The translations under genes and the position numbers were made by a program. Positions 13,590-27,700 of a stretch of 64,000 nucleotides of DNA are shown here, in pieces (the first letter of the stretch is position 1; each line of letters opens with the position of its first letter). Below the pieces are notes generated by a model. The model had not been told where the DNA came from. It saw nothing but the letters and a program-made list of their open reading frames with translations, and made no database searches. Source of the stretch: Eledone cirrhosa (lineage: Eukaryota); NCBI GenBank assembly GCA_964016885.1, contig OZ024753.1, positions 434,001 to 498,000 of the forward strand. The letters are read 5' to 3'.

Positions 13590-14068
13590 TATATATATTC
13601 AAAATAGGGGGCGCACAAACCAAATACTATGGAAAAGACAACTGAAAGATGGACAGTCCCATCTCCTCAGTCAACCTCTGGAAATCACTACGGTGATTTC
13701 GGTACATTCAGATTGATACCAATCATTCCAGTGCACACTGGGTCATAACAAAACAGGTAGAGACAATTTATATAGAGTACGCAAGGGCTTTGCCAAAGGA
13801 GAACAAATACATAGAAAGGAGAGAAATAGTAAAATACAAGAGAATAATAAGGACAGTAGTCCAACGTGCAGAGAAGGACACCGAGATGTAGAAAAGGTAA
13901 AACTTGCTGACAGAATGATAAAGAGTTAACATGGCAACACATGCTAACAAACTGTGACAAGCATGATAACCTTATTTCATCGAAACTATATCTACATCAA
14001 GTAAAGGTTTGTGAAACACGAGAAAATTATGTATATACAAGGACGTTCTATTCTTAATATATCATATA

Positions 14069-14480
14069 AGGGCGGTGGATTGGCAGTATCGGTAGAGCGT
14101 CGGACACCCTGCTTCGCAGCATAGAGTTACGGTCATTTACGTTCCGAATTCAAATCCCACCGAGGTTAGCTTTGCCTTTCATCCTTACGGGGTCGATAAA
14201 ATAAAGTACCAGTAACGCACTGGGGTCGATTTAATCGACTTTCCCCTTCCCCCAAAATTGTTGGCCTAAATGAGAAACCATGATATCATAAGGGTGGTGG
14301 ATTGGCAGTATCGGTAGAGCGTCGGACACCCTGCTTCGCGGCATAGAGTTACGTTCTGAGTTCAAATCCCGCCGAGGTTAGCTTTGCCTTTCATCCATAT
14401 GAGGTTCGATAAAATAAAGTACCAGTAATGCACTGAGGTAATTGCTGGCCTTGTGCCAAAAGTAGAAACAATTATATCAT
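14069..14480 (+). mobile_element. Tandem pair of the major tRNA-derived SINE (many further copies, e.g. 8541-8649, 9027-9203, 24961-25152, 32900-33120, 36955-37075, 40675-40776, 50075-50252, 53034-53136, 60200-60345)
   Basis: A-box-like TGGCAGTATCGGTAGAGCG, B-box GTTCAAATCC, conserved body GCCTTTCATCCTTACGGGGTCGATAAAATAAAGTACCAG, tail GCCTTGTGCCAAAAGTAGAAACA(ATT)n. Confidence 0.85.
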
Positions 14481-14784
14481 ATAATCCAAGCGCGGTGGAA
14501 GCATTTCTAAATTGAGTGTGTGTGAGGGGGGGGGGGGTCAATTTAGTTGTAGTGATTAGTTTAGTTGTTATCAAATATCAACCAGGATATAAAACACTCC
14601 GATATGCGATAAACATAACATGTACATAAATTGTAGCGTGTATACAAATAGATGCGTGTTTTGGTAGTTTGGGGAGAAAAATATAATTATGGGATAAGCC
14701 ATGCCCCCCACCACTCCAGTCCCATCACCCATGTAATCTACACACGTATAACTTAACCATACTGCGGATAATACAGTGAAATCT

Positions 14785-15360
14785 ACCACTCCTTTTCTTC
14801 TTCTTCTTGTATGACATATACACAGTAACTAGAGAAGCAGGTCGAGACCGGCGAGCTAGACCAAGGTGTCATTTGCAGCATTATGGATTGCTTCCAGACC
14901 GCCGGGAAAACGTCTGAGGGGCCAATCCCGAACAACATGCAGTACTGTCTGGTCAGCCCACACTCTAATGCTATGCTATCTTTCATTTTCCATTGATGGA
15001 GATGATGTGCTGTCTTTGCATGTGTTGTGCAGATCCGATTAAGGACACACATTGCTTCATGGGAAGTTCAAAGCCGGCAAGTTTAGATGTGGGGTCCTGG
15101 ACGAGGTCTTGGTTGGCAAATTTAGACTCATTTCGTGATTTCGCCACTCTTCCTTCAGATCCAAGTTATTATTCTGAAGAGTCTTGATTGATTCCCAGAA
15201 TGGTTTGCGTGATTTCAAGCGCATGTTGGCAAGGTTTTGCAGGTCTTTATCTACCACCCTAGTCACACGTTTCATGTATATCCTGCCTGAGAATTGCGTT
15301 AAGGAAATAAGTACCTGCCAAACATCCGTTAAACTCATCGTCGAAAGATGCAGATCCATT
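14785..15360 (-). mobile_element. LINE 3' fragment (RTE-like)
   Basis: Degenerate ORF with Cys-containing C-terminal remnants and a short (GAA)n-like end. Confidence 0.5.
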
Positions 15361-16005
15361 TGCTCTTTAATTTTTTTTTTTTACTATATATATGTATACA
15401 AATAGAAAAACACAAAAACGAGGGTACCAGATAAATCCATCTTTCGTAAAGGGAGGCGTTATTTACAAGTATTAAAGGAGGTATTATGTACAAGTGTTAA
15501 GGGAAGCGTTATGTACAAGTATTATTTAATATTAACAGCCGATAAAATAAAGTACCAGTAATACACTGAATAATTGCTGGCCTTGTGCCAAAAGTAGAAA
15601 CAATTATTTAATATTAACAGCTGTCTAAAATTTCTCAGGTTTTTCCTAAGACGCAACATTTATCTGTGTGAACAACCGACAAGTAGCGAGGGTACGTGTT
15701 TTATTTATCAAATATGAGGTCTTATTGATATTTATGTGTGTGTGTGTGTGTTTGTGTATATATGTGTGTGAGTGTGTGTGTGTTTGTGCGTGTGTGTGCG
15801 TGCGTGCGTGTTTGTGTTTGTGTGTATGTCTATGTTTGTGTTTGTGTGTGTGTGAGTCTGCATGTGTTTGTGTGTGTGTGTGTGTGTATATATATGTGTG
15901 TGTGTGAGTGTGTGTGTGTATGCTAATGTTAGTGTGTCGGTATTCACTAAGGACAGGCATATTGTCAGTATGTCTAATTAAAGCATGAAAGTAGGATAGG
16001 CATTC

Positions 16006-16195
16006 ATGAAGGACGCCATTTATTGTAACATGTTCTCGGGTACCTATCACATCGTTTCTACCATAAATCCAATTGCTGCCGTCCGGAAAGCAGAAGGGCG
16101 GAAGATTGACAAATATCGAACATTAACGGAACAATTCGATGAAGTATTTCACAACAAAGCTTTCGTCATCTTGTCCGCGGGGCGTACCTGAGATA
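16006..16195 (+). mobile_element. Restriction-like endonuclease remnant of a CRE-type non-LTR retrotransposon
   Basis: AAVRKAEGRKIDKYRTL matches the AE..K..KY motif of RLE domains. Confidence 0.5.
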
Positions 16196-16199
16196 TTGA

Positions 16200-16490
16200 C
16201 GGAAGGCACTCCGTCGGTTACGACGACGAGTGTTCCAGTTGATCCGATCAACGGAACAGCCTGCTTGTGAAATTAACGTGCAAGTGGCTGAGCATCTACA
16301 CAAACACGCGTACCCTTAACGTAGTTCTCAGGGAGATTCAGCGTAACACAGAATGTGATATGGCTGGCCCTTCGGATTACAGGTACAATTCATTTTTGCC
16401 AGCTGAGTGGGCTGGAACAACGTGAAATAAAGTGTCTCGCTCAAGGACACAGAGCGCCGCCGAGAATCGGACTCACGACCTTACGATCAC
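16200..16490 (-). mobile_element. Second SINE group (CORE-like central domain); related copies at ~2290-2540, 23885-24090, 39557-39810, 44480-44705, 57380-57625
   Basis: Shared GTGTCCTTGAGCAAGACACTTTATTTCACGTTGCTCCAG..CTCAGCTG domain after a tRNA-like head, with differing 3' tails. Confidence 0.75.
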
Positions 16491-17608
16491 GTACGCACGC
16501 ACACCCACGCTCGTGATGAGTAACTAACAAAGAAGGGGGGTGGGGAGATTCTGTTCTATTAAATACAGATCTTCAGAAAACCTTTTGTAACCCACCATAT
16601 AATGGACCAAAGTCAATAGAGACGACTTCCTATTCACAGATCTTCACAGCCTGTCATCTCGATCATAAAAGTGAAAAGATTTAAACTATTGGCGAAATAA
16701 TCATAGCATATGATACACAAATTTATTTAGAATTCATAAAACACGATTTAAAAGTAAGATTATCTTTGCTGTTACTATATTTCTAATGAGTAACACTACC
16801 TATATTTTTCGAATTTTGAAAACAATTAAGAATTTGGAAGGATTTAATATCATAACTATCTTTTTCGTAATTAAATTTGTATTTCTTTTTTTGTTTGTTT
16901 TCTTTATGTCTCTCTAATAGATGTATTTACTATCTCGATTATGTCTGATATCCTTCCATACTTACGAATCATAAACGTCAATTTTTAGGACTAGTGTTTG
17001 CCAGCTGAACCATGTATACTTGTATGTAATGGATCAGTGATTCCTGATAGAGTCATAGTGGGCATTTTAAAACCTGACAGAACCCTGCTCTCAAGAGAGA
17101 GTGAGTGTGATAAAGAGGAAGTAAGAGATTTAGATGAAGCATCTGTCTGTCTGTCTGTCTGTCTATCTTTTTATATGAGCCAAATACGTATCTTTATTTT
17201 ATATGAGCCAAATACGTATCTTTATTTTCATTTAAAACAGTATAGTGTGATATAAGGGAAATTTGGTCCCTATTTCTAGCAGGTCGAGTGTCCACGTAAC
17301 GGTTCTCTCCATCTGGGATGTTTGTTTAACAGTCAACAGCATTGTCGTAACGGACTTGCTGTGCTAATGATGACATCAGTAAGCAAAATGAAAGAAAGAA
17401 AAAGAAAAAAGGGAAAAAAGGGGAAAAAAAAAACAAATAGTGCGAAGGTTTCAATTTTGACATGGGTATCCTGGACTTTAACATCTGAAGCAGACATATT
17501 TCAAAACAAATGCTATTTTTTTGCGCATGCGTTAGGACTGAGTCATCTTCATTATCAAAACATTGAACACAGTACATTTTTCCACCAAGACCATCTCTTC
17601 ACCTAACC

Positions 17609-17817
17609 CAGATCTGTCAAATTTCCCCGTCCGACGGGGAGATCTCCCATCCACTTTGAGGTGAGTGAGAGATGTCTTCTCTTGTGAAAATGGGTATAGT
17701 TTTCATTATGTAAAATCTCTCCATTTTGCGTTATTTCTCCTTTTTTTTTTAATTTTTTTTTTAGGCACCTCTTTTCATAGTACTCCTCGTTTGGGTGTTT
17801 AGAGGTTGGCAAGTCTG
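17609..17817. mobile_element. TIR MITE with 7-bp TSD (possibly P-element superfamily)
   Basis: CAGATCTGTCAA...TTGGCAAGTCTG, flanked by CCTAACC on both sides. Confidence 0.75.
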
Positions 17818-18125
17818 CCTAACCCCTAACCACTAACACTGACCTGAACCCAACCGTAAATCCTAAACCTTAAAACTAAACCAAAAATTGAACTTGAATG
17901 TAATCTAGAGATTTACTGACTAAAGGTAGCACAAAATATGTTGTTGTCGCTGGCGTCGTTAATTATGTAATCGCAAAAAAAAACTATAAAAATAAAACTA
18001 ACTAACCAAATTATTCTCACAAAGTCCCAAGAAACACCTTAGCTCATCGATAGAACAAGGCCTTATACGATAAAATTCTCTCAAACACTACATAGTGTTT
18101 CTTTCTGGTTGTTTGGATGATATAC

Positions 18126-18174
18126 ACGCCTTCTGATGAGGGTCCAACTAGGTTCGAAAATCGATTAAAGGTGT
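18126..18174 (+). ncRNA. Minimal type I hammerhead ribozyme motif
   Basis: ACGCCTT-CTGATGA-GGGTCCAACTAGGTTC-GAAA-ATCGAT-TA-AAGGTGT. Stem II is weak (G.U rich). The element runs on to a (TA)n tract at ~18345. Confidence 0.75.
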
Positions 18175-18340
18175 TTATCATTCTTTTTCAAGTTACAAAG
18201 AAGTTCGTGTTTTCTGGCATGTTTACATGCCTCCATATAAAAAAAAAAATGTGTATATTTATATACACAGTGCAGTCTCGGTTACCCACTCTATGTATAC
18301 AGATATAACTTTGTTGTATACTTCGGCTGCTGGCGCACTT

Positions 18341-18399
<59 letters not shown>

Positions 18400-19643
18400 C
18401 TCAATGTTCTTGTATAGAGCCTGTCACAGTAATCTGGGCGGATATAGAGGGATGATCCTTAATAAAAACAAGGATACAAATACCCCAATGGAAGACATTA
18501 TTGATTTCTTGGCGTATGAGGGCAGTACTGGCATAGCAGGGTAGTATTGCCTGGGCTGGTGCTTTTCGTGTAGATCATGGCACTACAAGAATCCGACTGC
18601 TCAATGCAAACTTTATTGTCTCCACTTCTCGAAGATGTAGGCGAGGAGAGGGACTTCTTATTACGAGGTCTACAGTTAGTGTGCCAGAATACTTTATTTA
18701 TCATCTAAGGTCAAATTCCTGCTTAACCCAAAATTCCTCCTATATCGTAATCTTGGATAACTTTACTATCTCTGCTGTGACCTTTCGCCCCTGCTGGTAC
18801 TGCGAGTGCAAGAAGGAAGACTTATTTCTAAACCAAACTCTATAAAACACCTTATTTGCTTGGATGGTATCTTTAACCTCCTGAATGAAACAGGAGGTGT
18901 CCCTGTCACATGGCTCCACACCGGGACACTTTCGCCCCCAGTATTTAACAGCTGAAGCAAAAACTGCCAAGCTGAACTGTCTCCATTCCATTTCAACTTC
19001 CTCAGTTTGTTCAGATATTTGTCTGAATTTAGATACAATAGTATCCGCATTGCTGGTTCTGACTTCCTCATCAGTCAATGAATAAAATCACCAAAAAACT
19101 GCAGTATGGTTAGATGCAATAACAGCAATCATACCGCATCGTCCTTTGCGTGGGGTAACAAAAGACGCTTCCAGGCCTTAGGTAGAGGGTCCTGTTAAAA
19201 AAATATAAAGTAGTGCCCATCAAATACTGTGAGAACTGGCGATGAGCCTGCGACCTGTCCTAGGAGGCGTAGGATGCACGCACAAAGATTGCGTATCCCG
19301 AGACCCCTAAGTAGATTCAAAAGGAGTAAACTCTAATAATTGGCAACAGGTATGTATATATGTGTGTATATACATACACACATGTATATATACATACATA
19401 CATGTATATATACATACATACATGTAATATATACATACATACATGTATATATACATACATACATGTAATATATACATACATACATGTAATATATACATAC
19501 ATACATGTAATATATACATACATACATGTAATATATACATACATACATGTATATATACATACATACATGTATATATACATACATGTATATATACATACAT
19601 ACATGTAATATATACATACATGTATATATACATACATGTATAT

Positions 19644-19692
<49 letters not shown>

Positions 19693-20430
19693 CACACATA
19701 CACACACACATATATACACACATATATACACACACACATATATATATACATACACATATATATATATACATACACACATATATATATACACACACATATA
19801 TATACACACACATATATATATACACATATATGGTGGCTGCCAACTCGTTTTCGAGTACGGCCACTACTTTATATCCATGTAGGAGAACCCTACCAATGCG
19901 CTGAACGAGTGTGACTTTTATGTCCAGCCAGCGACTTGAAAACTCTGATACAAACACTACACTTGTGACAATTATTGACACATAGTGTTGGGCCCATGGT
20001 ACCATGTGAAGACAAGTGCAGAGAGATCTCCAGATATAAAGCAATGCCTGTGCCATGAAACTTTTATAGTGAGCAAAGACACTGCACAAAGCCAGTCCCA
20101 CTCTCTTAACCAAGATTATATTTACCAAAAAGAAGAACAAATCAACATCATTGGATACCATCAGGGTTGCAGGTGTTATATCAGAGTTTTCCTTCTCCTA
20201 GAATTCTGCCTTGACAAAGGCTAAGGGGTCATCTCTCCCAGTGATTTTGGATGGCCATTGACTCTTAAGAGCTCCTTTGACAGGTTTTGTTTTTAGTCCT
20301 GCAGGATGTCCAAAGTCACCCTCCTCACCAAGTAACCTTGGTGGGGTTGCCAGTTTAGTCGCCAACGACCCGACCATGAGACAGGTTGTACTGGGATACA
20401 TGTTACCAGTAGCACCAACTGGTGACCTGA
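18400..20430 (-). mobile_element. RTE-like LINE 5' portion (APE region and linker), split by a microsatellite at 19350-19830
   Basis: Frameshifted coding-like blocks such as EEVEMEWRQFSLAVFASAVKYWGRK; higher GC than the flanks. Confidence 0.55.
19350..19831. repeat. Complex (TA/CA/TACA)n microsatellite
   Basis: Direct inspection. Confidence 0.95.
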
Positions 20431-20693
20431 CATACATACATATGTACACATATATATATACACATATATATATACACACACACATATATATACACAGATA
20501 TTTATACACACATATATATACACACACACATATATATATACACATATATATATATATATATATACACACACATATATATACACACGTATATATATGCACA
20601 CATATTCACACACATATATACACATATGTATACACACATATATATATATACACACAAATATATACACACATATATATACACACACATATATAT

Positions 20694-20738
<45 letters not shown>

Positions 20739-20778
20739 TATATATATATATAGATATATACACACACACATATATATG

Positions 20779-20810
<32 letters not shown>

Positions 20811-21255
20811 TATATATATATATATATACACACATACACACACATATATATATACACATATATATACATATACACACATATATATATACACATATATATA
20901 TATATATACACACATATATATATACATATACACACATATATATATATACACACACATATATATATATACACATGTATATATATATATATACACATATATA
21001 TATATATACACATATATATATACACACATACATATATATATACACATATATATACACACATATATATACACATATATATATATACATATACACACATATA
21101 TATATATATACACACACACACATATATATACGCACACACACATATATATACACACACACATATATATATACACACACATATATATATACACACACACACA
21201 CACATATATACACACACACACACATATATACACACACACACACACACATATATAT
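20430..21255. repeat. Complex (TA)n(CA)n microsatellite; pure (TA)n at 21552-21703
   Basis: Direct inspection. Confidence 0.95.
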
Positions 21256-21368
21256 TCTTTGCTTAAACTTTAATCTGTTATTTTAATAAATATTTGCTCT
21301 ACGGTATTTGATATATATTTATCCTTATCGAGCCCTCTTTGGATTTTAGTCTTCAAATTTATTATTAT

Positions 21369-21709
<341 letters not shown>

Positions 21710-21738
21710 GATCAAAAGATGATTAAAAGAGTTCCAAG

Positions 21739-21806
21739 TATTTTATTATGCGCATTTCAAAAACAAATATCATCATGGGATATCTGCGTTCTCATCAGAT
21801 AAAATA
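21739..21806 (-). ncRNA. Minimal type I hammerhead ribozyme motif (family A)
   Basis: Minus strand: TATTTTAT-CTGATGA-GAACGCAGATATC..GATATTTGTTTTT-GAAA-TGCGCA-TA-ATAAAATA. Confidence 0.82.
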
Positions 21807-21880
21807 GGGATACATGATATGAAGGTTAAAAAACACTTGTGAATAGTGAAGTTATTGTGCTACAATAAAACTCAGCTCCT

Positions 21881-21925
<45 letters not shown>

Positions 21926-22213
21926 GGCTGTCTCCCCAAAATGTACACATTTTTATTAGAATACTGTTAAAGCGTGTATACATTTTTGGGAACACCCTGT
22001 ATATATATATCTATACATATAAACGAAAAGTATAGAAATTATTATGAGCAAGAAGCACACAGTATATGCGTGTGAAAACATTTTACAGGTGTACTAATAC
22101 GACTCCCAATTCTACCTACACTCATAAACATCACGACACATTTTATGTCAATTGTGTATCTATGTATATGTATATATATGTATATATATATATATACACA
22201 CACACATGTATAT

Positions 22214-22264
<51 letters not shown>

Positions 22265-22729
22265 GTGTTATGTATACATACATAAACAACATATAAATGT
22301 GAGTATGGAATCCCAAGTCTAGTTTCATATATTCCTAGTAAACGACCCATCACGCTAGTTGCATAGACGCTCCACGTGCACAGTACCGTTGGAAACACTT
22401 GCTGATCACATGATAAGTCGGTGCTGATTGGTCGGTACCGGCCTCGCACCTCATTATTATTGGCTGACCGCTTTCCCTCCCACGGGTGTGTGTGTGTATG
22501 ACACTGTTTTTGTTTCTTTATTCCACTCCGCTTTTTCCTTTTCTCTGTCTTTGTCTTTGTCACTTTATTTGTGTGCGTGTATATGTGTGTGTGTTTGTTT
22601 TGTGTATATCAATGTAATATATGAGTAATTTCCATCAGTCATGTGTGTACGTGCGCGTGTATAGATGTTTACGTTGAGCATGTCAGTGCGTGTCTATGTG
22701 TATGAGACTGTAAAAATGACCTATTTTGA

Positions 22730-23680
22730 TGTTGCTGTTGTTGTTATAGTGCTGTTGTGTAGTATTATTGCTGTGGAATAGTGAAAGTGTAGCGATTAGC
22801 TTCGGCGTTTTTGTAAAAGTGAAAGTAGTGGTAACGTTGATTGTTGTGTAGTGGCAACGGTGTTGTGATTGTGGTGTTGTGTAGTAGCAACGGTGTTGTG
22901 ATAGTGGTGGTGTGTAAAATGTTGTGTAGTGGCAGTGGTAATCATGTGTAGTGGCAATGGCGTGTAGTGACAGTTGTGATGGTGTGTAGTGGTAATGGTG
23001 TTGTGATAGTGGTGGTGCGTAATGGCGTGTAGTGACTGGTGTTGATTGTAGTGTTGCATAACGGTGGTTTGTGTGTAGTATTAATACTATGGTGTAATAG
23101 TGGGAATGCTTTTGATGTGTAGTATTAATGGTAATGTGTTGTGATAATAGAGGAAGTGGTGTTGGTGTGTAGTAGTATTGCGTAATAGTGGTATGGTGTT
23201 GGTGTGTAATAGTGGGGATGATTTTAGTGTGTTGTGATAGTAGTAGTATTGTGTAATAGTGATCTAAGTGTGTTAGTAATATTTCGTGCTTGTATTAATA
23301 ATACAGTTATTGTTTAGCCCTAAGTCAGTCCTGATTGCGCAAAGAATGATAAAAGACATTACAACCGTAACCGTCCCATCATTTTACTGGAACACAGTCC
23401 TACATTATCTAACGTCTTTTTTAACGATGTTAGGGGGAGAATTAAGGGGGATTTGGCTGCTTTTTCTAGCAGATCAAGTGTTGGTGTAGCTATTGTTGTT
23501 AATAGTGGTGTGATGCGGGCGGCGTAATGTTGGTATGGTGTAAGAATGATGGTGTGTAGTGGTAGTTAATGGTGGTGGTGTGCTGTGGTACTGTTTTGTC
23601 GTTATGTAATAATGATGGGGATGGTGATGTTATGTAGATTTATTGTTGTTATTGTTGTTGTTGTTGGTGGTGGTAATGGA
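22730..23680. repeat. Degenerate GTGTAGTG/GTT low-complexity tract
   Basis: Strong G/T strand bias with recurring TGTGTAGTGG. Confidence 0.75.
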
Positions 23681-24161
23681 GATGTGGAGAGGTAGTAAAA
23701 TGTTAATAGTGACGGTTGCTGCCGTTCACCATTTTCATGGGAGTGTTAACATATTGACAACCACGTAAAAAAACCCACATGTCACCATTTATGACAATTT
23801 TCCTCGTGATTATGATTAAGATATTTGCTTCCATGTGGGCACAACTACCTCTCCCACGCCACACACAGACATCTGATGCGATTTTCAATCAGAGTCGTGA
23901 GTTTGATTCCCGGTGATATATTGTGTCCTTGAGCAAGACACTTTTTTCACGTTTTCTTTAATTCATTCAGCTAGCAAAAAGGAGTTATGCGTGTAATTCA
24001 AAGGGTCAGTCTTGTGTCACGCTGAATCTCCCTGAGAACTTCGTTAAGGGTACACGTGCCTCGCACATCTATTTTACGACGAACAGGCTGGTATATATAT
24101 ATATACTACCTTGAGTAAATCTTAAACATTTAACATGTCAGGGTATGTCATGTATCATTTT

Positions 24162-24227
24162 ATTTTATCTGATGAGGACGTACTATTGAACTTGATTCAA
24201 GTACCTCTGAAATATGTATAATAAAAT
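24162..24227 (+). ncRNA. Minimal type I hammerhead ribozyme motif (family A)
   Basis: ATTTTAT-CTGATGA-GGACGTACTATTGAA..TTCAAGTACCTCT-GAAA-TATGTA-TA-ATAAAAT. Confidence 0.8.
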
Positions 24228-24627
24228 TTAATTGATCACAAGAACATCTATTTTATTAATATTTGAATTTAATATTAATAAATGGAAAATATCTCTTGTA
24301 GAGTGCTTTCAATCTACTGTAAAACTAATTCTTTGATGTACTCATTGAATCTTGTTTAACTCTTTAAAATATATAAATATATATATATATGTGTGTGTGT
24401 GTGGGGGGGGGGGGTATATTTAGGGATGCTCATTTTACCAATAAAATACATAAACGTATATATATATATATATATATATATGGTTTCCTCCACCCCCTCT
24501 CCCTCTTTCTTCTACTGGCAGGTTCAGCTACCCCTTCCTTCCACAAATTGCCATGATAGAATTATGTATCTCAACAACAAACTCTTGACCAATCCTTGTG
24601 ACAATCACTTTTACCATATATGGAATT

Positions 24628-24723
24628 ACCCCCTGAGAAGCTCGGCTATTCATATACCAGGATAAAAATTTTCATTTAGTCCAGAATTAGCCGTCGAAAC
24701 GGCTTGAGCTCAGCCGTCGGGGT
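24628..24723 (+). ncRNA. Type I hammerhead-like motif of family B (non-canonical core CTGAGAA) within a pLTR-like element ~24480-24819
   Basis: Stem I ACCCC/GGGGT, CTGA 24633-24636, stem II CGGCTA/TAGCCG, GAAA 24696-24699, stem III CGGC/GCCG, GTC triplet ending at 24718. Confidence 0.65.
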
Positions 24724-27700
24724 CCTACTCGTTCCTATTACCCACTCTACTACCCTAAGTATTGAGTACTTTGGTGCGTTATGGTCCACCTGGTTCCTTA
24801 CCACATTTCCTTCGTTATATATATATGTTCTTTATTTTCATTTATTTATTAAATATCTCATTATCAGAGTACTCCCTACGTAGCTACTGAAAATGGTAGA
24901 GTCAATAGCTAAATATCCTTCAATTTATATCTTACCATTTAAAAAAAGGAAAAGACATTAAATAATTGTTTCTAATTTTGCCACAAGGCCAGCAATTATC
25001 CCAGTGCATTACTGGTGCTTTATTTTATCGACCCTGTAAGGATGAAAGGCAAAGTTAACCTCAGCAGGATTTGAACTCAGAACGAAGGGCGATAACTATG
25101 CTGCAAGGCATGGTGTCTGACGCTCTACCGATAATGCCAACACACCGCCCTAAAGACACTAAATAATTAAGTCCTAGAAAGATCGATGTTGACCTGGAGC
25201 TAAACAATAACATTACCAATAGCACTGCCAATGTCCATGATTTTCAACGTTTCAAGACGATTTTTGCATGTTTCATCTTCTGTATGAAATAACAGTAATG
25301 GCTGTTTATAGTATTGTTGGTGTTATTAACCACAAAGTTAAGCCATAATCCACGAAACTTACGATGAAAAGGCTTCTCTTATTCTTCTTTTATTATAATT
25401 CCATTCACATCTAGGATGTCTTGGGGGGGGGGGGGGTTATTAAATGGAAACCAGTATTATTTTATTGACTTTGCTAAGATGAAATGTGCAGTGGACTTCG
25501 TTAAGATTTGAACTCAGATCTCAAGACATCGTAACTAAATATCGCAGGAATTTTGTCTGATGCTCTAAAACAGGCATGGGCAACCTTTTTCGAGCAGTGT
25601 GCCGCATCTGGATCATCATAAGGCGGGCTAAATTTTCAGAGCTTCTTCTTCGCCCACATATTCCTGAGAGGGTCATGGGGGAAGAGTCCTCAAACACCCC
25701 TTCCAGTAGTTCAGAGCAATTTTGAAGTTAAGCGTACCATTCAGAAAGCCAAATGAGACATATCTAGTTTTCCCATGGCTGCTCTAAATGTTCTACCAAC
25801 CCAAACTAAAGTGTCATTTGAGGGAAATTTAGTTGCTATTTCTAGAAGGTCGTTCGACTACGTAAAGGCTACGCTACTGGTTTGATTATGATGATGATGT
25901 TCAGCCCCAGATCCGCCCAGCACGAACAAACCTATCATCAAAGCATAACTATCCCATCTTTTATAAGCCGTAACCATCAAATCTTTTATTCTGACACTGC
26001 TTATCCAATGTGTCTTTCCCTTTATTAAGCTGAGACCATATAAGAAGCTTCTCTCGTTGGTTTGATGTTTGTGTGGTGTTCTAGCCATTACCACTCCACC
26101 ATTTAGTTACACATATTACATCTAGAACTATATTATCCAAAGTGACCTACCCGTTTTTATTAAGAAGGGGTAATACTCATTTTTTTCGCAGGTTTCGGGC
26201 AGGGTGTGTTTCGAGGAGAGTCTGTCGATAACTCGTTGGTGATGTTGACATGGTGTTGTTTAGCCCTACTTCAGCACTGATCAAACAAATCTTATTTAGA
26301 GTATTGATAAAAAAATGTACAAGTCCGGTACTGGGTCGACTCTTCCTTTCTGACTCACTATCACACTCTCCCTCTTGAAGAAATCTTTAAAATGACCAAG
26401 AAATACTACGCCACGACGGCATCTCTACGAATCCACCAGGAATTGCAGGTTCATACATATATCATATGCAATGCTATTCCAACGTATTAATATTTGAAAA
26501 GACGGTGTGATCTGAGGAATATTTGGTTGACATTTCTAGTAGGTCGAATGACCACAGTGTACGAATCATTGATGGAGGCTGATTGTAGTCGTTTTACTTA
26601 CTTGAAGTAAACAAATCTCTCTCAAATTTTATTCAATAGTCTTTAAAAGAAGGAGAATAATATAGACTGATAAAGGTAAAATACGTTTTATTATATAAGT
26701 CGGCTCAATTATGTTTAACCCTGGGCTAAATCAAAGAATCTCCCTTGTTAGTAAAACGCCTTGCGATATTTTGAACATTACTTAACAGCATGAGTTCATA
26801 ACTGGCTGGAGTCAACTTATTTATATTCCTAAATGTGGATTAAATAGAAAATTGTTTCTACTTTAGGCACAAGGCCAGCAATTTGAAGGGGAGGGGAAAG
26901 TCGATGAAAGTCTATGAACAAGATTATTCTTTCCATTCTTCCGGGGGTCAATAAAATGCAGTACCAATCAAGTATTGGGTCAATATAATCAACTATTTCC
27001 TTCTCACAAATCATGTGGCCATTTGTTATAGTAATAGGGAATGTCAATGGAATGTGCCGCTACATATGACAGTTCTTTCACCGCTTGTCTCAGATGTCTG
27101 TCAAGGAATCAAAAAAGTTTTCGTTCTCTATTTAATGTTATTGCAAGGGTGTGCTATGTTTATATTTTAATAATGAGTTATACAAGGTTGGCAGATTGGC
27201 AGAATTGGTAAGATCGTCGAATAAAATACTACTGCGGTATTTGTTTTGGCTCTTAAGATTTTGAGTTCAAATCTTTACTGTTCATCCTTCTGGGGATGTA
27301 GTGCGGTTTATTTAATCAACTTTGCCCTTCTCCAAACTTGCTTTCCTTGTGCTTAAATTAGAAATCAATATTGCGTTTTATACTATCTAGGTATATTAGC
27401 TTCCTCGTAGTGAAAGGGTGATAAATGAAGTGAGAGAAAGCTAAAATGGGTGTCTAATAAATTTGTAATATATCACCTTTTTCGACTGTTGTAGTGCGTG
27501 AGAGGAAATGCAGATACTTAAAAATAAAATTGATGCAATGTGTCTGTTTGGTTATAATAATAAATACAGTAGTGTGTTTATGGTTGTATATTAATGTGTC
27601 TAGATATTGGTGGTGTGTGTGTGGGGGGGGGGCACACAAGAAAGGTGGAAAGAGAGATAAATAGAAGGCGAGGGAAATAGATAAATAGATAAGGAAAGAG

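Noticed and set aside
14069-14165. tRNA gene
   Set aside because: The A/B boxes belong to a SINE head; there is no cloverleaf and it continues into the SINE body.
17818-17885. Telomere-like CCTAAC repeats
   Set aside because: Short, degenerate and interstitial; probably part of a transposon.
19307-21286. Many long YI/CV/HT ORFs
   Set aside because: They come from dinucleotide microsatellites that lack stop codons.
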